Source: Lingula anatina (Eukaryota; Animalia; Brachiopoda). From it: a DNA stretch of 64,000 nt. Shown here in pieces: positions 12,311 to 26,400 of the stretch. The notes beneath the pieces were generated by a model. That model saw nothing but the letters and a program-made list of their open reading frames with translations, did no database searches and was not told the DNA's origin. A program made the translations under genes and the position numbers. Location: positions 11,776,587 to 11,840,586 of the forward strand of contig CM120648.1 of the NCBI GenBank assembly GCA_051362555.1, given 5' to 3'. Every line of letters begins with the position of its first letter. Position 1 is the first letter of the stretch.

Positions 12311-15300
12311 CTAATTATATAAACAGACTATGACCGTTACACTGAAAAAAAAAAAAAAAAAAAAAAACTACTAGAGATAATGTGTAAGCAAAGAGAAGTA
12401 CTTGAATATGTAACGGAGAAGTCATAATATGATTTGGGTTTATGCCAAACAGACTGCTTTGTAAGTCACCAGAAATAAACAATCGAAAAATTATGAAAAT
12501 GTTGAAATAAGTGTGTGTTTTAACTTGGTGACCAATTACCACAAATGCACCCAAATTCTGACAAACAAATACACACACTTCCATACCCCAATCTATGCAA
12601 ACACCCTCGGCTTCGGACAACCTGTTTCACCTTACAATGTTGCACTCGGCAACTCTCAAAATCGAGCTCCATAATCATGGGTCAATTGATAATAAACACA
12701 GTTCCTAGGATAAAATAAGATTTAAAAACAGGACAGCAGTGAGTCACCATCAACTCTCACCGGTCTCTCATAATATCATATTGTCTTAATTAAGGATGAA
12801 TGGATGTGTGTGTTTTGAAAATGTGAAGGAAAACATCCTATTTTTCAGTATTTTTTGTGAGAAATTGTTTCCAGGTTTCAATGTGGCTGCTGTTGTCTCC
12901 CTTTATTCCTGGTGCACCAACAGTGAGTAACATAATCCATATCATGAAAATCATGACATAATATGCTATCTACACTCATATCTTTGATTTTCAAAATGAA
13001 TCTGACACATCAACCAAAAAAAAAAGTAGTATAAACAGTGTGCATTCACTGAGTGAGAGTCCTTGCAGAGATCTGGCAATTAAACCTCAGAGCCGTGATT
13101 TAATCCGTTTAATGGCATCTGCAAAGGTGGGGATACCATCAGCAGATTAGTCAGCTGATCTTTCATGTATGGGCCGCCATATTTAATCTGTGGATCAGAA
13201 GTTCCTCGAATCTTCTGTTCTGAATGGCCTCTAAGGCCCCATTCACATCGAGTTGAGCCATGGCTCTACAAAGCCACAACCTAAATATCTCACACGCCTC
13301 CCCAGCTTCCGGGTGAATGGAGCCGAGATATAATGACTGTACCCCCGCAGGGACTACTCGTGGGGAGGCATGTGAGAGGCGGAGAGACTATTAAAAGATT
13401 TTCGGTTTTCCTTTCATGTGCGTCCGCCATATTTAGGTCCTAGCTTTGAAGAGCCATGGCTCAACTCGATGTGAATGCAGTCAAAGGCCCCATTCAGAAT
13501 AGGGGACTAACTAGTCCCAGGGTCAAATATTACTACAAAGCTTGCCATCTAATCCACTAATAGACACTGAATAGGTATCCCATGGGGAAGTATTTAAGTG
13601 GGTCAGCCACTAGTTAGTCCTCTATTCCAAATGTGGCCTAAGTAACAAGATACAGGGGATGTCACAGTGACCTCTGAAACCCAAGGCCTTAGGCTTCGTT
13701 CACATGAAATGTCTATTTTCTAAAAATCTATTTTCTATTCGCACTATCTTATGATCACGGTCTGTGCCCTGAATATCCCGCCGTGTAATTACTGGCAGCG
13801 CGAGCCAGTTACTTATAGTAACTTATAGTAACTGGCTCGCGCTGCCAGTAATTACGCGGCGGGATATTCAGGGCACAGACCGTGATCATAAGACATACCG
13901 CGAATAGAAAATAGAATTTAGAAAATAGACATTGCATGTGAATGAAGCCTAACAGTGCTAAGATGATTACTAAATATGTCTTACCTGAGGGTCTGGGTGG
14001 TAAGGATGGAGGGAGTCGAAGAGCTTCCAGTCGTTCCACGTAATACTGGCGTTTCTTTTCCCCAAGCGACGACATGGATTCTTTGGCAAGGAAAGTGCGG
14101 AGGTAGTCCTCGATGCCTGGTAGCATCTCTGAAATGATAATTATGTATGTTTATTTCATGGATTTTATATCCATATATTTTGGCCACACTCTAAAATGAA
14201 TTCTGTTACAGTCAAGTAATTGAAATAATAAAGGTTATCTAATTCTAAATTTGGGAGTTAAATCCCAAGTTAATTAAAATGAAATTAAGAACTGTTCAAT
14301 TTCTACACAATAAGGTGAAACTCACAATTAATTCTCACTAAGCTATTCATTATACACTGCCACATAACTTCAGTGTAACTGATGAAGTCCCAAGTGTTGG
14401 GACAAAAGCTTTCCAGGTATGCTTTCTGATTATTGTGTAGAAATTAAACAGTTTTAAACTTCATCATTATGAGTAACACTACAGCACAGATCAACTTGCC
14501 TCAGAAAACCCTATGTTTACTTTCAAGTAATTTTTAAAATATTTTAACGCAACCCTATTTCATAAACTTGGAATTAAATCTTCAATCTGTTAAGAAACAT
14601 TTAATCAAATATGTGCCAAATCTGTCTTTTCAACCATATAATTTTTTTTACTACGTTTGGTCTTAGGATTCAGTTAAATTTCTGGATCCACAATATTTAT
14701 GACATGTACTAAGGTAATCATGTGGGGATAGTCCTCAAGAATAGTGGGGGATTTTTATTCTAGATTTCATTCTTTACTATAATTCTTTAACAAAAAAAAA
14801 ACTATTTTTCTTTGAAGGCAACATTTCAAATGTATATTCCCCTTAATTCATGACTAGTTTGTGTACTTGAAAAGAAAAAAACTATTACTCATTGGGAGGT
14901 CAGAAAAAATGGAGTAACAAAACATTTGCAAGTTCAGCATTCAAAACAACAAGACCTTTAAGTCCTGCCAAGAACTCAGGTGTACGAAAAAAGCCCAGAT
15001 TAAGCAATCTAAACATGTACCAGGTATCATAACCTCTTGTCTCCGCTATCAAGCTTAACATCTGTTTTTTTACATGGGAGGACTCGAGAGGGCATGTGTT
15101 TGTATAATAAATATATCAACCTTATCGTTTTTGTCAGTGTTATAATCTCATGCAGCTTGGTTATCTGAACATAAAAACAAGTTTTGATGCAAGGGAAAGT
15201 GTGTGTGTAAAGTAAAAGAATGATAAGTTCACTTCTTATATATTACACTACAGATGCGTCTCAGTGCAGTTTGTCTTTTCCTGTTTGTCTTTTTCCAGTG

Positions 15301-17181
15301 ACTGTTAGCCTGTAGACTTAGAGTTACAGAAAAACAGTGTTTGATATTTCACGCTTCTTTATGATTGGGGTGGGGGTAAGATGGAAGGAAAATATTGTTT
15401 CTTTTCTTTACTTAACTATTTACTGTTGGTTTCACACAAGGGTATCATAAATACAGGACAGTATATAGCACGAAAATTCATGCGTTAGCACTCCTACTGG
15501 CGGTTCTGATATGTACTGACTGCAGCACAGGACCATCAATAGGAGTGCTAGCGCATTAATTTTCGTGCTAGACAGTATGTTATAGATGTTATGCATGCCA
15601 TGTTTTTATAAATCATTTTCATTTTTCTTGAGATATGCTTGCTATGGTGTCCTGACTCTCTAACCTTTGCTGTATCAGTTTACTGAGAGGAAGTCTCAAT
15701 AAAATATATCATCCAGGGTTCATGTAATATTCCATAAATCAACGTTTTTTTTTTTCTCATTTGTGTTTCAAGGAGTACATGTGCTCTTATTCCATAATAG
15801 TTAATGCACTTTGATCATTGAAAATATATGTTAAGATTAATAAAAAAGTTCTAATTTCTGGTGGTGAAATAGCTTATTTAAGTCTCACTTCTGAAATAAA
15901 AATCAAAGCTACCCTATGTAAGCTTATAAGGGACTACATAACTTGTAAAAGTACTTATAAACGGGACACTTTTCAGTCAGGGGAAGCAATACCTTGTGAA
16001 GATTTTTGTCAATGAAATATCGGACAAGTCTCACAAAGAGCACCTCATTAGTTTATACCTGGCTTTCAATGAGCACACCAGGGGTAAGGAAGGCAAGAAA
16101 AGCCAAGGTAAAAGGAACATATTAATACCCGTTGAGCTGTTGGAGACGGCCCCCCAAAATCGTTACCTTGACCTTCTGACTGACCTTTGTTAACCCTTTT
16201 CTGATTCCCATACATTAATGTGGATGATGTACTATATATTATATGACCTTGTTTCTACACTCTGTCCATGAAATAAAGGTTTTAATCATGAACTGTTAGC
16301 TTGCAAATAAAGACTGTATATCTTTTTATAAGAACTACCAAAATGTGTAAGAAGACAGGTTGAGAACATTTGGACCTCAATTTATTGCATTCTAATTTTT
16401 TGACATTCTGGATACGAGATCAAAAAATTGTGAGAAAAACTCCAAATCAGATGCCTACTAGTATGCAGGCACATGAGCATACATGCATATGCATGTGGAC
16501 AAACACATGCAGATTCACATACAGTACTAGTATATTATAAATATACACAAATAATTGTGAATACATTTATTTTCATTCCAGGTGAAATGACCCTAGTCAT
16601 TTAGAAATATTGGAGGTAATACCCACATATTTTATAAGCTCTTGATAAAAAGAAATTCGATAATTTAAACATTTATTTGTCTTCACGTACAGCAGAACCT
16701 GATTCTCTTAACTTGCACTCTTTCTCCTCAAAACTTCTACAGCACCTGTTCTTTTTCCCTCAGAAGCCTTCAATCCCATAATAAGAAACAGCTCACAGTT
16801 GCTACAAAGAGAAATTTCCATGAATTCGAAGTACAAGCTCTTCGTAAATAATACAGAATATAGCAAGACCTTTCAGAAGACTACACTTTGAATTTGGTCT
16901 ACTGGAATTTATAAATATTTGTTTGGCAATATAGGGAGTTAGGGTAATTCCTGAGTAAATCAAGGAAGCTATGAAACCTTTCAGTCTTAAACTGGTAATA
17001 AGGAACAACATGGTTTTGCTCTAAAACTGGCTCCGAAGAGGGTCGTTACTGATGCTAGGTTTGCAACATTCTGTTATCTTAAAGACTGTTACTTTGCTGT
17101 AATTGAGACAATGTGAGGAACACATATGCACAAAATTAAGGCAAGCCATTTTGCACGTGTTCTCAGTCACTCACACACGTG

Positions 17182-17233
<52 letters not shown>

Positions 17234-18340
17234 CAGAGAGAGAGAAAGAGAGAGAGAGGGGTCATAAAAGACATCATCACTTCCATGAATGAACAACAAC
17301 AAATCAAAAAGAATTAGAAGGTAATAAAATTACAAAGTAAAAAAAAAACAAACAACAATGCCAAAGAAAGAAAACTAGACATGGCAAACGACACCAAAGG
17401 TATTGGACAAAACCAAAACCTCTTATGACATGAAAGTAAATAGGTTTGAAGTATTTCCCCTAATAAGAAGTATTTTATAGCGGCAGTGGAAGCCACAAAG
17501 GCCACAAGAGTCAAGTTTTATTACCACAGTTGGAATGTTGTAGAGGATGTAATGGTCCATGACAAATGAGGTGACATCTGACCCTCGGAAACATGAACTA
17601 AAATAATTTCATTTCTACTTGGTTCATTGTGAAGCCTGATGCAACCCTATCCAACTTCTTTACATCAAAATAAATACACTATTTCCATTTTTTTCGTAAT
17701 AATTAACTTCCTCAACTCTTTTCTTGCAATAAGGAGACTGCGCTTCTATTACCTAATCCTTTGCTTTTCTGTGTAGTTTACGATTACTTAATTTTTCAAC
17801 ATCCAAATTTGCCATTAAAAAATATCTCAATTCTGAATCCTGATATAACATAATGCTGGATCTCATACAGTCCAGTTTCAAATTTTAGCAAACTAAATAG
17901 ACATAGGCTGTATTCCCAGAGCTTTTAGATCGATCTATCCCCGTGGGGAGTCTCACTAGATTACTGTCAGATAATCCGGCTTAAATGTCCGTCCCGCCTA
18001 CTACAAGCTGTAAGGGGGTAATTAACTTTCGTGTCCACCCGGCTGACAGCTATTTAGCGTGAACCCCTAGGGAGTTAGGTCGATCTAAAGTAGATCGATC
18101 TAATCTCTGGAAATGTGGTCATAGTCTAACAAGCATTTCCAGAAATTGATCCGTAACTACTATATACTACTACACCACTGTACAGGAGCAAGAAGGCGGT
18201 GTCTCTGTCAAAAATGTAGTTGTGATCTAATCAATCTTCTCGCAAACACCTGTGAGAGGAATGAGAGACACAGCTGATGGGTGTACATGGGCAGAGAGAA
18301 GACCTGTGTCTACACCATTTACCTGAAAGCAAGAGGGGTT

Positions 18341-18390
<50 letters not shown>

Positions 18391-21300
18391 GCTCAGACTG
18401 AAGAAGTGTGCAACCCAAGGGCAACTGAAGCCTTCTCCCACAAACAAAATAAGAGAGAGAGAGAGAGAGAGAGATTATTAAGGTCTTCTATCAAAGATAT
18501 TCCTGCCAAATCAAATTTCAAACTCAGACCTCAGACTACATATCTTAAAATGAACATTATAACTGACAAGAAATACATCCAGACACAGCTGATCTGAGGC
18601 AATACATCTTAGGTTGTTACAAGTTGACTAGAAATCTCAGATTACACAACCTAGGCTGCTACAAGTAGACTAGAAACGCACCCAGACACAGCTGATAGGC
18701 AAAAGCTGTAAGACACCTGATCCCAGACAACACATCAGACCTGGAAGCAACTGTCTGGTCCAGAGGAAAGAAAACACCTCTTGGCAGCTTTCTACACCTG
18801 TCTACTTACCTGTCTGATTAATTATATCCTTTCTGCTGGCTTTTGCTTGGATAAATAACTGCCTTTTCACCTCTCTTAATGCGTGACTGTTTTTAGCAAT
18901 ATCACAGTCAATTTCTAAAACAGACTTTCTCTTTACTTTGAGTACCAAAGTAGTGACTTCAAGGCAAATTAAAAAAAATATTTTTGCAAAATCAGCAAAA
19001 AACTGCCCCAAATGATATTGACTTTTTTCAGACAGATAAATAGTTGAAGTCTTAAAATCAGACAATTTCCTATCAGACCAAAAATTAGATCCAGGATTCT
19101 AAATTTTATAGACCAGAGGGCAATTCTGAATCCCTCTCCACCTCTGCAAAATCTCTTCTGCCCTCAGAATTATCACACACAGATGCAGTCTACAACATTA
19201 ACACAGGATCTGCATCAAATGCCAACAAAACTTAAACCCCACAAGCAAAATTTACAAAATTTGTTCAGTTACTGGACTCTTTTTTTTCTGCTTTGCACAA
19301 AAAAATCCTGGCATCCCAATGGACCAAGAGGCTAAATTTCTAGCATAGTCTTATCATATTATCAGCCTTTCAACAGGATGGGTTTTGCTTTTTATTTTCA
19401 GAAAAGGGTGATTTTTCTATTTAAGATCTCCTCACAAAGCACCTGCTCTGCCGACAATGTAGAAGAACAGTAACTTTTTAACCTGTGTCCCTTCATCAAA
19501 GAGGCCTAACTCCATGTTTGTTGTTCCCTCATATACCTCCTGTGGCATCGTCTTAATTATATCTTCTCATGCTGGGATCATCTTAGGGGTTTCATGTTTA
19601 GGTCTAAAAGCATTCGTTTATTTGAACTTCCTTTCCACCTGAGAAACCACTTGCCCTCGCATTAAGACTCGTTCCAGTAGCTATCTGGAATCCTGCAGCT
19701 TCCATGTATGTTTTGGACACATATAACATCAACGGAGCATTAACAGATTATTGATATTATTATCATTATTATAATATTATTATCATAATCTTTATTATTG
19801 TTATTTCACTATTACCATTGTTTTTATTGTTGTTTGCGTTGATACAACTATCATCATAATCATGATTATTTAAGCATGAACCCCCAAACAGTTTTTATAG
19901 TTTCTAATACATTAAGACGGGAAATTATTTGTTGGTGGCGAGAGTAAAAGTGACCCCCACTTGCATGAGCAGAGACATCTTGATGACCGAGTGACGGGAT
20001 AGATTGAGGAAATGCTGAGTATGGCTCTGTTCTCACAACTTTTAGATCGATCTATCACCGCGGGGAGTCTCACTAGATTACTGTCAGATAATCCCCCTTA
20101 AGTGTCCGTCCCCGCCTACTACAAGCTTTAAGGGGTAATTAACTCTCGTGTCCGCCCGGCTGACAGCTATTTAGCGTGAACCCCCAGGGAGTTAGGTCGA
20201 TCCAATGTAGGTCGATCTAATCTATGAGAATGGGGTGTTAAGATACTTCAGTGAGGTTAGCGCAAGGCAAATGCAAACATGAAGGATGGAAACAGGGTCT
20301 GATAGGCAGGAAGGAAACATCCTAACCATTCCATTAAGTTCCTGTCTTTAAATATATACACAGCTACTTTCCGAACATAAAACTGCAGTAACCTACCAAA
20401 AGAACCCACCAATATGACAGTTCGGACTTCCTTTAAAAATTTGTTTTACAAATTTGCCCTGACAAAGCAGAAGTCAGGTCACTATCTGTACTAAAAATAC
20501 ACAGGTCTATAAATACAACCAAAACCTGTTTTTTCAGAAAACAGATCATGGAATGTTTGCTGGCTAGTTTGCCAAATTCAAGCTGGATTTCAATGACTGA
20601 CTTCAGGAGAACCTGCAAAATTTCACTCCGACTCACTGTTACTGTTTGAGGTGGAAAAAGAAGCAGAGGCAAGTGGCTCGAGGAAAAAAAAAAATTGGCA
20701 GAAAAGACTGTTGAGTGGACCTGACTGACCCAGGCTTGGCGCAGGCACATCAGTACGCATTCTGTCAGAGGCGGAGACGACTGGTGCAATGTTCCACGCA
20801 CCATCACCTCCACGACCCCTGAAGGTTCCCAGACTGATTCGATTAGTTAGTTTCCTTCCTGAAGTACGTACTGAGACACTGGAATTGAATCCTGAGTACT
20901 TTTCAGCAGCCTCTAGAAAGAGATCTTACTGAATCAAATAAAACAAACTGGTACTGAATCTGAAGTACTTTTAGAATCTCCAGAAAGCAATTTCTATCAC
21001 AGAATCAAAGAATACGAGTTTGGACAGTTATAGTTGATACAAGTCTATTATACTCTTCCAATGCTGTTCCATTCTGTTTACAAAAAGCACAGTAAAGCCT
21101 GAAAATATTCATTTAAAAGTTCTTAAAACTGAGAAAGTATAACAAAAATGTTTCATATTTTAAGCACGTTAAAATGGAACACCTTAAAAAAAAAATAAAA
21201 ATAAAAATCAGAAACAGATAATTGGAAGTTTGAGGGTAATTTCCAGTGACATGCAGTTACCTTTAAGTTACACCAATATGTGACCAGCAAGAGCCTCCCT

Positions 21301-23274
21301 CCTCATTAGACTGTTAACGAAGTTCGCATACCTTGAGAGGTTTGACAGCTGCCCTTGCCAGTTCAAGGCGAGTGTCTTGAATGTGTCTTGAATATATTCA
21401 AAACACCAAAATGTCTTGCCTTGTAGGTAAATAATGATCAGCCTTTACAAAAACAATTTACTGTTTAAAAACATTACTTAGAGAATATCTATTGGAAACA
21501 TCAATTTTGTTCGAATTAAGCAACTGGCAGAGCAATAGGAAGTTGCAAGTCTTTGCCAAAATAGCTCTAAAACAGGGCCATCATAGCACCATTTCTTTAA
21601 ATTAAATAATTCTTTTGATTATAATAATCAATTAATGAATCACCCCTAAAATCTAATCTCTTCTAAACAAGCCCATTACTGTTCATAACTTTTTGAGTTA
21701 AACTGCTGACAAAAATACTAACAATCCAATCTATACAGGTAAAAACAAACTCCTAGGTGGAGGTAATTACCATGACAGACTGCATGGTACCTGTGCTTCG
21801 TTAGACAACGGCTCCTGGGTGGTATAAAATGGGATTTACCAGCTTAAAGGTGAGAGCAAGAGAGTCAAAGACAGGTGATTAGGTTGCTTATAACTCTAGT
21901 CACAGAAAAAATACCTGAATGCAGAAAGGGCAAACTATCAGCACAATTCATATCATTTACATGTATACACATTAAGTGACAAGAAATAGTTGAATGAAAA
22001 GACAAATTATATAATTTATGAGTTCATGGGTATCAGGTTTTTCATTATTTTGTAAGACAAGATATTTAGTGTATATGTACTGGTATACATAAATGCGACT
22101 TAACTAACATAAGCCAGTTTTTTTTTCTCTCAACAGGACGCTCATACAAAAACAAATCAGTCCACCAAATACATTAAGTATATATATATCCAATTGTTCT
22201 GCACTTAGGGGCTGCCTCTTTTGTGAAATGGTAAGTAGATTGGACTTGGTGCCATGCGAGTGCTTTTTTCTCAATCAAAAACCACAGACCACCATGTCTT
22301 ATCGCCACTTGACGTATGGTTCACTTAATAGCAGTCGATTTGTATGTTACATGCAATTGAGTATAACAACAATAACTACATGTAACGCGTCCTTATTTTC
22401 AAATTGCATACTAGTAGTAAGTGATGTGTGTTTCTGTATCACTGTTTTAAGATGCATTTGAAGTCCCCCCCACCACCACCACCACCAAATGCTGGCATAT
22501 ATCTTATTTCTCCTATCTTTATCCCCAGCGCCTTCCAATTGTCTTTCTCATCGGTCTTCATATGTACAGCAGTATAAAAAAGAGTTCTTTGTTTCCCCCC
22601 ACAGCACATACAAACACAGATCATCTTCTGAATCATTTCCCCTTAGACAATCAATAACTACTACAATATGGATACATCAACTCTTGTGACTGGCGGAATG
22701 AATGTATGCTTCCCATCAAGATGGCACCAGCTAAAACACAAGAGAAAATTCAATTTCATCTCCAGTAAGTAGATTAGGGGCTGGCCTGTCTTGGCATAGC
22801 TTGGGAGTGAAATGTAGTTTGGGCGATTATCAGATGGCAATCAAACCCATACGGGTGGGCATGACACGCAGGAGCAATATGTGATGATGGTTCGATCTGA
22901 ATGAGAGTGCTGAGCTTGTTTTTTGGCAATGTATCCATCTGCGACTGTACTACAATAATTGTGTACTAGATGTATGTGTGTCTGTCTGTCAGTCAGTCTG
23001 TTTCTATGGGTGCTCTCCCAGAGATTTAGATCGATCTAAAGATTAAGATTTAGATCGACCTATCTCCCTGGGGGGTTCACGCTAAATTGCAGTCAGCCGA
23101 GTGGGCACCATAGTTAATTACCCCCTTACAGCTTTAAGTAGGCGGGACAGGCGCTTAACCTGGCCAAGCTGACAGTAATCTAGTGAGACTCCCCACAGGG
23201 ATAGATCGATCTAAAAATCTATGGAAATGGGGTGTATCTTTCTCTCTCTTTATGGGTGTGTGTGTTTCAACAGC

Positions 23275-23321
<47 letters not shown>

Positions 23322-23339
23322 GGTGTGTGTGTTTCAACA

Positions 23340-23405
<66 letters not shown>

Positions 23406-26400
23406 ATGTTAAACACCCAAAATAATCGCCCAAACTACATGTGTGCCATGTTAATTAATTTTAAATAAATAATCAATATTCAAACACAAATCAATCTATA
23501 ACATATTAATCATAGTGAAAACACCTACATAAACCTAATCATTCACACTTCCAGCTACACCCTCTGTCCTATGAAAAAGACATCCATATTGTTGAGTGAT
23601 ACATAAAGACCACTTGGCGCAATTTTTAAGACTTACACCACAGCTAGCGCGTAGAACAAAAGACTCTGCCGTGCTGTATTCGACATACAAGCACGTCATG
23701 TACGAGTGCGTTCCACGGTCTCTTACACTACTAGTGTAGTAGCCAATCAGAGGCCGTGGTTTAAGCCAGATACAACACTCGTCGCCGAGCTGTACGTGAA
23801 AATTACTCGTGTATTGTCTCGCCTGCGCCTCGCCAATACACTCGTAATATTTCACGTACAGCTCGGCGACTCGTATTGTATCTATCACATAAAAACTGCT
23901 TTCATTGAGATATATTGATACAACTCTTGAAATTCCGGACATCTCTTCAGAAAATATATGAATATGGAATCTCATCAATGAAGGCACTTCTTTTTTTTTT
24001 ATGATAGTACACATGTAGGAATAAATAGGAATGGTATTTAATGTATCATATGTGAGAGAAGAAAAAAAAACAAAAAAACAATTTATCAAATATGAACCTG
24101 TTATCTTTTTTTTTTTGCCTTGCTGTTTTAACAAATGCACTGTATGCCCTAGAGCAGAGATTTATCTAAGATCTCTCTCACTGTGTACAAGCAGTTCATT
24201 TATCCAAAATCCCTGTGCTACAGGCTGTAGATGACTAATAATGCAAACAGAATATTATAAGAGGCATAATCAGCAGAGAGAGAGAGAGAGAGAGAGACCC
24301 CATTTCCATAGATTTTTAGATCGCTCTATCCCTGTGGGGAGTCTCACTAGATTATTGTCAGCTTGGCCGGCTTAAGCGTCTGTCCCGCCTACTAAAAGCT
24401 GTAAGGGGGTAATTAACTATTGTGCCCGCTCGGCTGACTGCAATTTAGCGTGAACCCCCAGGGATCGAGTTAGGTCGATCTAAAACTTAATCATTAGATC
24501 GATCTAAATCTCTGGGAAAGCACCCAGAGAGAAAGAGAGAATCATAGACAAGTGTGTGTGTGTATGCATCATGTGTTTGGCTGTATACATCCATGCGTGC
24601 ATACATACATGCATGTGTGTGTGTGTGTGTGTGTGTGTGTAATGTGCTCAGGCCGATAAAACTAGAAGTCTAAAGCCCTACTAAAGAGGCTACCTTTGAA
24701 GATGACCAAGACCCTGACCTGTCAAAGAGGATACCTTTTGAGATGACTCAACTGGACATTACATGGGTCACTACACTGTCATGGACAGTTTAATATATAT
24801 AAACTTTAAAGCATTTAACACCTAAGCAGGCGATAAGTTACAGCTCAGTATTGACCTTTGGACCTAAGACGGGAATATTTACAACTATCTAGTACCTTTA
24901 TGTGTACCTGACATTCACCTATCAAAAAAGACAACTACATAATCACAATGCATTCAGTGCTAGAACTTTTGCAATTTCTATGCCTTCTTTTGAAACGAAC
25001 ATAGGGTATATTATACTCTGATGAAAAAAAGAAAAATATTTGATCATTTTGTTAAACATGTGCTCATTTCTTTGGCAAACATGAGCTGACTGAGTACCTT
25101 TACTTACTGATTAAACACTCACCTGTAACAGCCTACTAGTAATGTCATGGACCTTTGCATTCTGCATGATAATTGCTTACTTGTAAATACCACCTTTCCT
25201 CCCTCGTTTCTATTAGTAAACATCCCTGCCACACAATTAAACATTCCTAGCCCCATCATGTTTTTACACCACCTCCCTCCACTCCACCATGCATTTAAAC
25301 ACTCACCCCTCTGCAGATTTAAAAATAAAACACTATGTCCCTCTCACAAAAAAAATAAAATAAAAAAAACATTTTAGTCCTTCTAGCCCCATTTACATCA
25401 TTAGTACTCTCACTTAAGAAGTGTACAACTCAAGGGCAACTGATGCCTTCCCCTACCAAGAAAATGAGAGAGAGACAGAGAGAAAGACCTCCCATATTAT
25501 TAATATAAGGATTAAAAGACAGCTATCTACTGCATCTCAAGAGGCACTGCTTCCTAGTGCATCAGTTTACTGTGAAATCAATACAGTGCATGTATATAGT
25601 TTTCACCCAGGGGATTCAGCAATATGGCCCACAGTCAGAAAACTAAGAGGCATACTGTGGCAATTATCCTTGAAACATCCTGTGTTTTAGAACTGTCCTG
25701 GAAAAATATCATGTGCACACCATCTACTGCCAGTAATTTTAAAATGAGGTCTTTTTGTGAATGAAATAAAAATCAGACCATATTCCTGTTTCGTTGACCC
25801 AATAATGGCACAGAATTTGAATCAAATTTTGATTTACAATTACAGCAGAATTTTTTTGGAGACACAACAGTGATTCTTTTCACCTCTCTGTACTGTACAA
25901 GTAGCTTGCAACTTGGCATTCAAGGATAAAAAATACTGCATTACAACCCCCCCCCCCCCCACACCCCTCTTCATATCATCCTGACAAAGTATGGAATACG
26001 GATGCTACATGATATAACATGTGCAGAGGATGTGCCAATATTAAGCGATTGCAGCACACCTTCTCCATGAATGAAAACATCATTGTAAGGCAATAAGTAA
26101 TGACAGTAAAACCAGGCTCCACCATGCCCACGTAATTGCAACTAATTAATGACATAAAAGCTGCCAGTATTTTGTGGGAAGATATGCTAACACTTCCATT
26201 AGTGTCATAAAACTTGTCAGTAATTACAAGAAGTTACTAGTGTATGTACTAGTAGTTAAGTGGACTCGATACTGCTTCAGAGGTTACAACTACGAGCTTT
26301 AGACCCCAGAGCTGATTAAACTAAATGCAATTTAGCGAGAAACCCCTAGGAGATGGGTCGATTCTGCTAGATCTAGATACTGTATGGGAACGAGGTCTCA

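Noticed and set aside
20700-20830. Possible RTE-LINE 3' remnant (EWT..DDW)
   Set aside because: Too short and degenerate to call without a search
23155-23468. ORFs with ER/SL runs (also 17126, 18227, 18277, 34287 and the tail of 46506)
   Set aside because: Translations of (GA)n/(CT)n microsatellites
23535-24140. 201-aa minus-strand ORF
   Set aside because: Runs through a palindromic CpG-rich repeat; no recognisable domain or splice support
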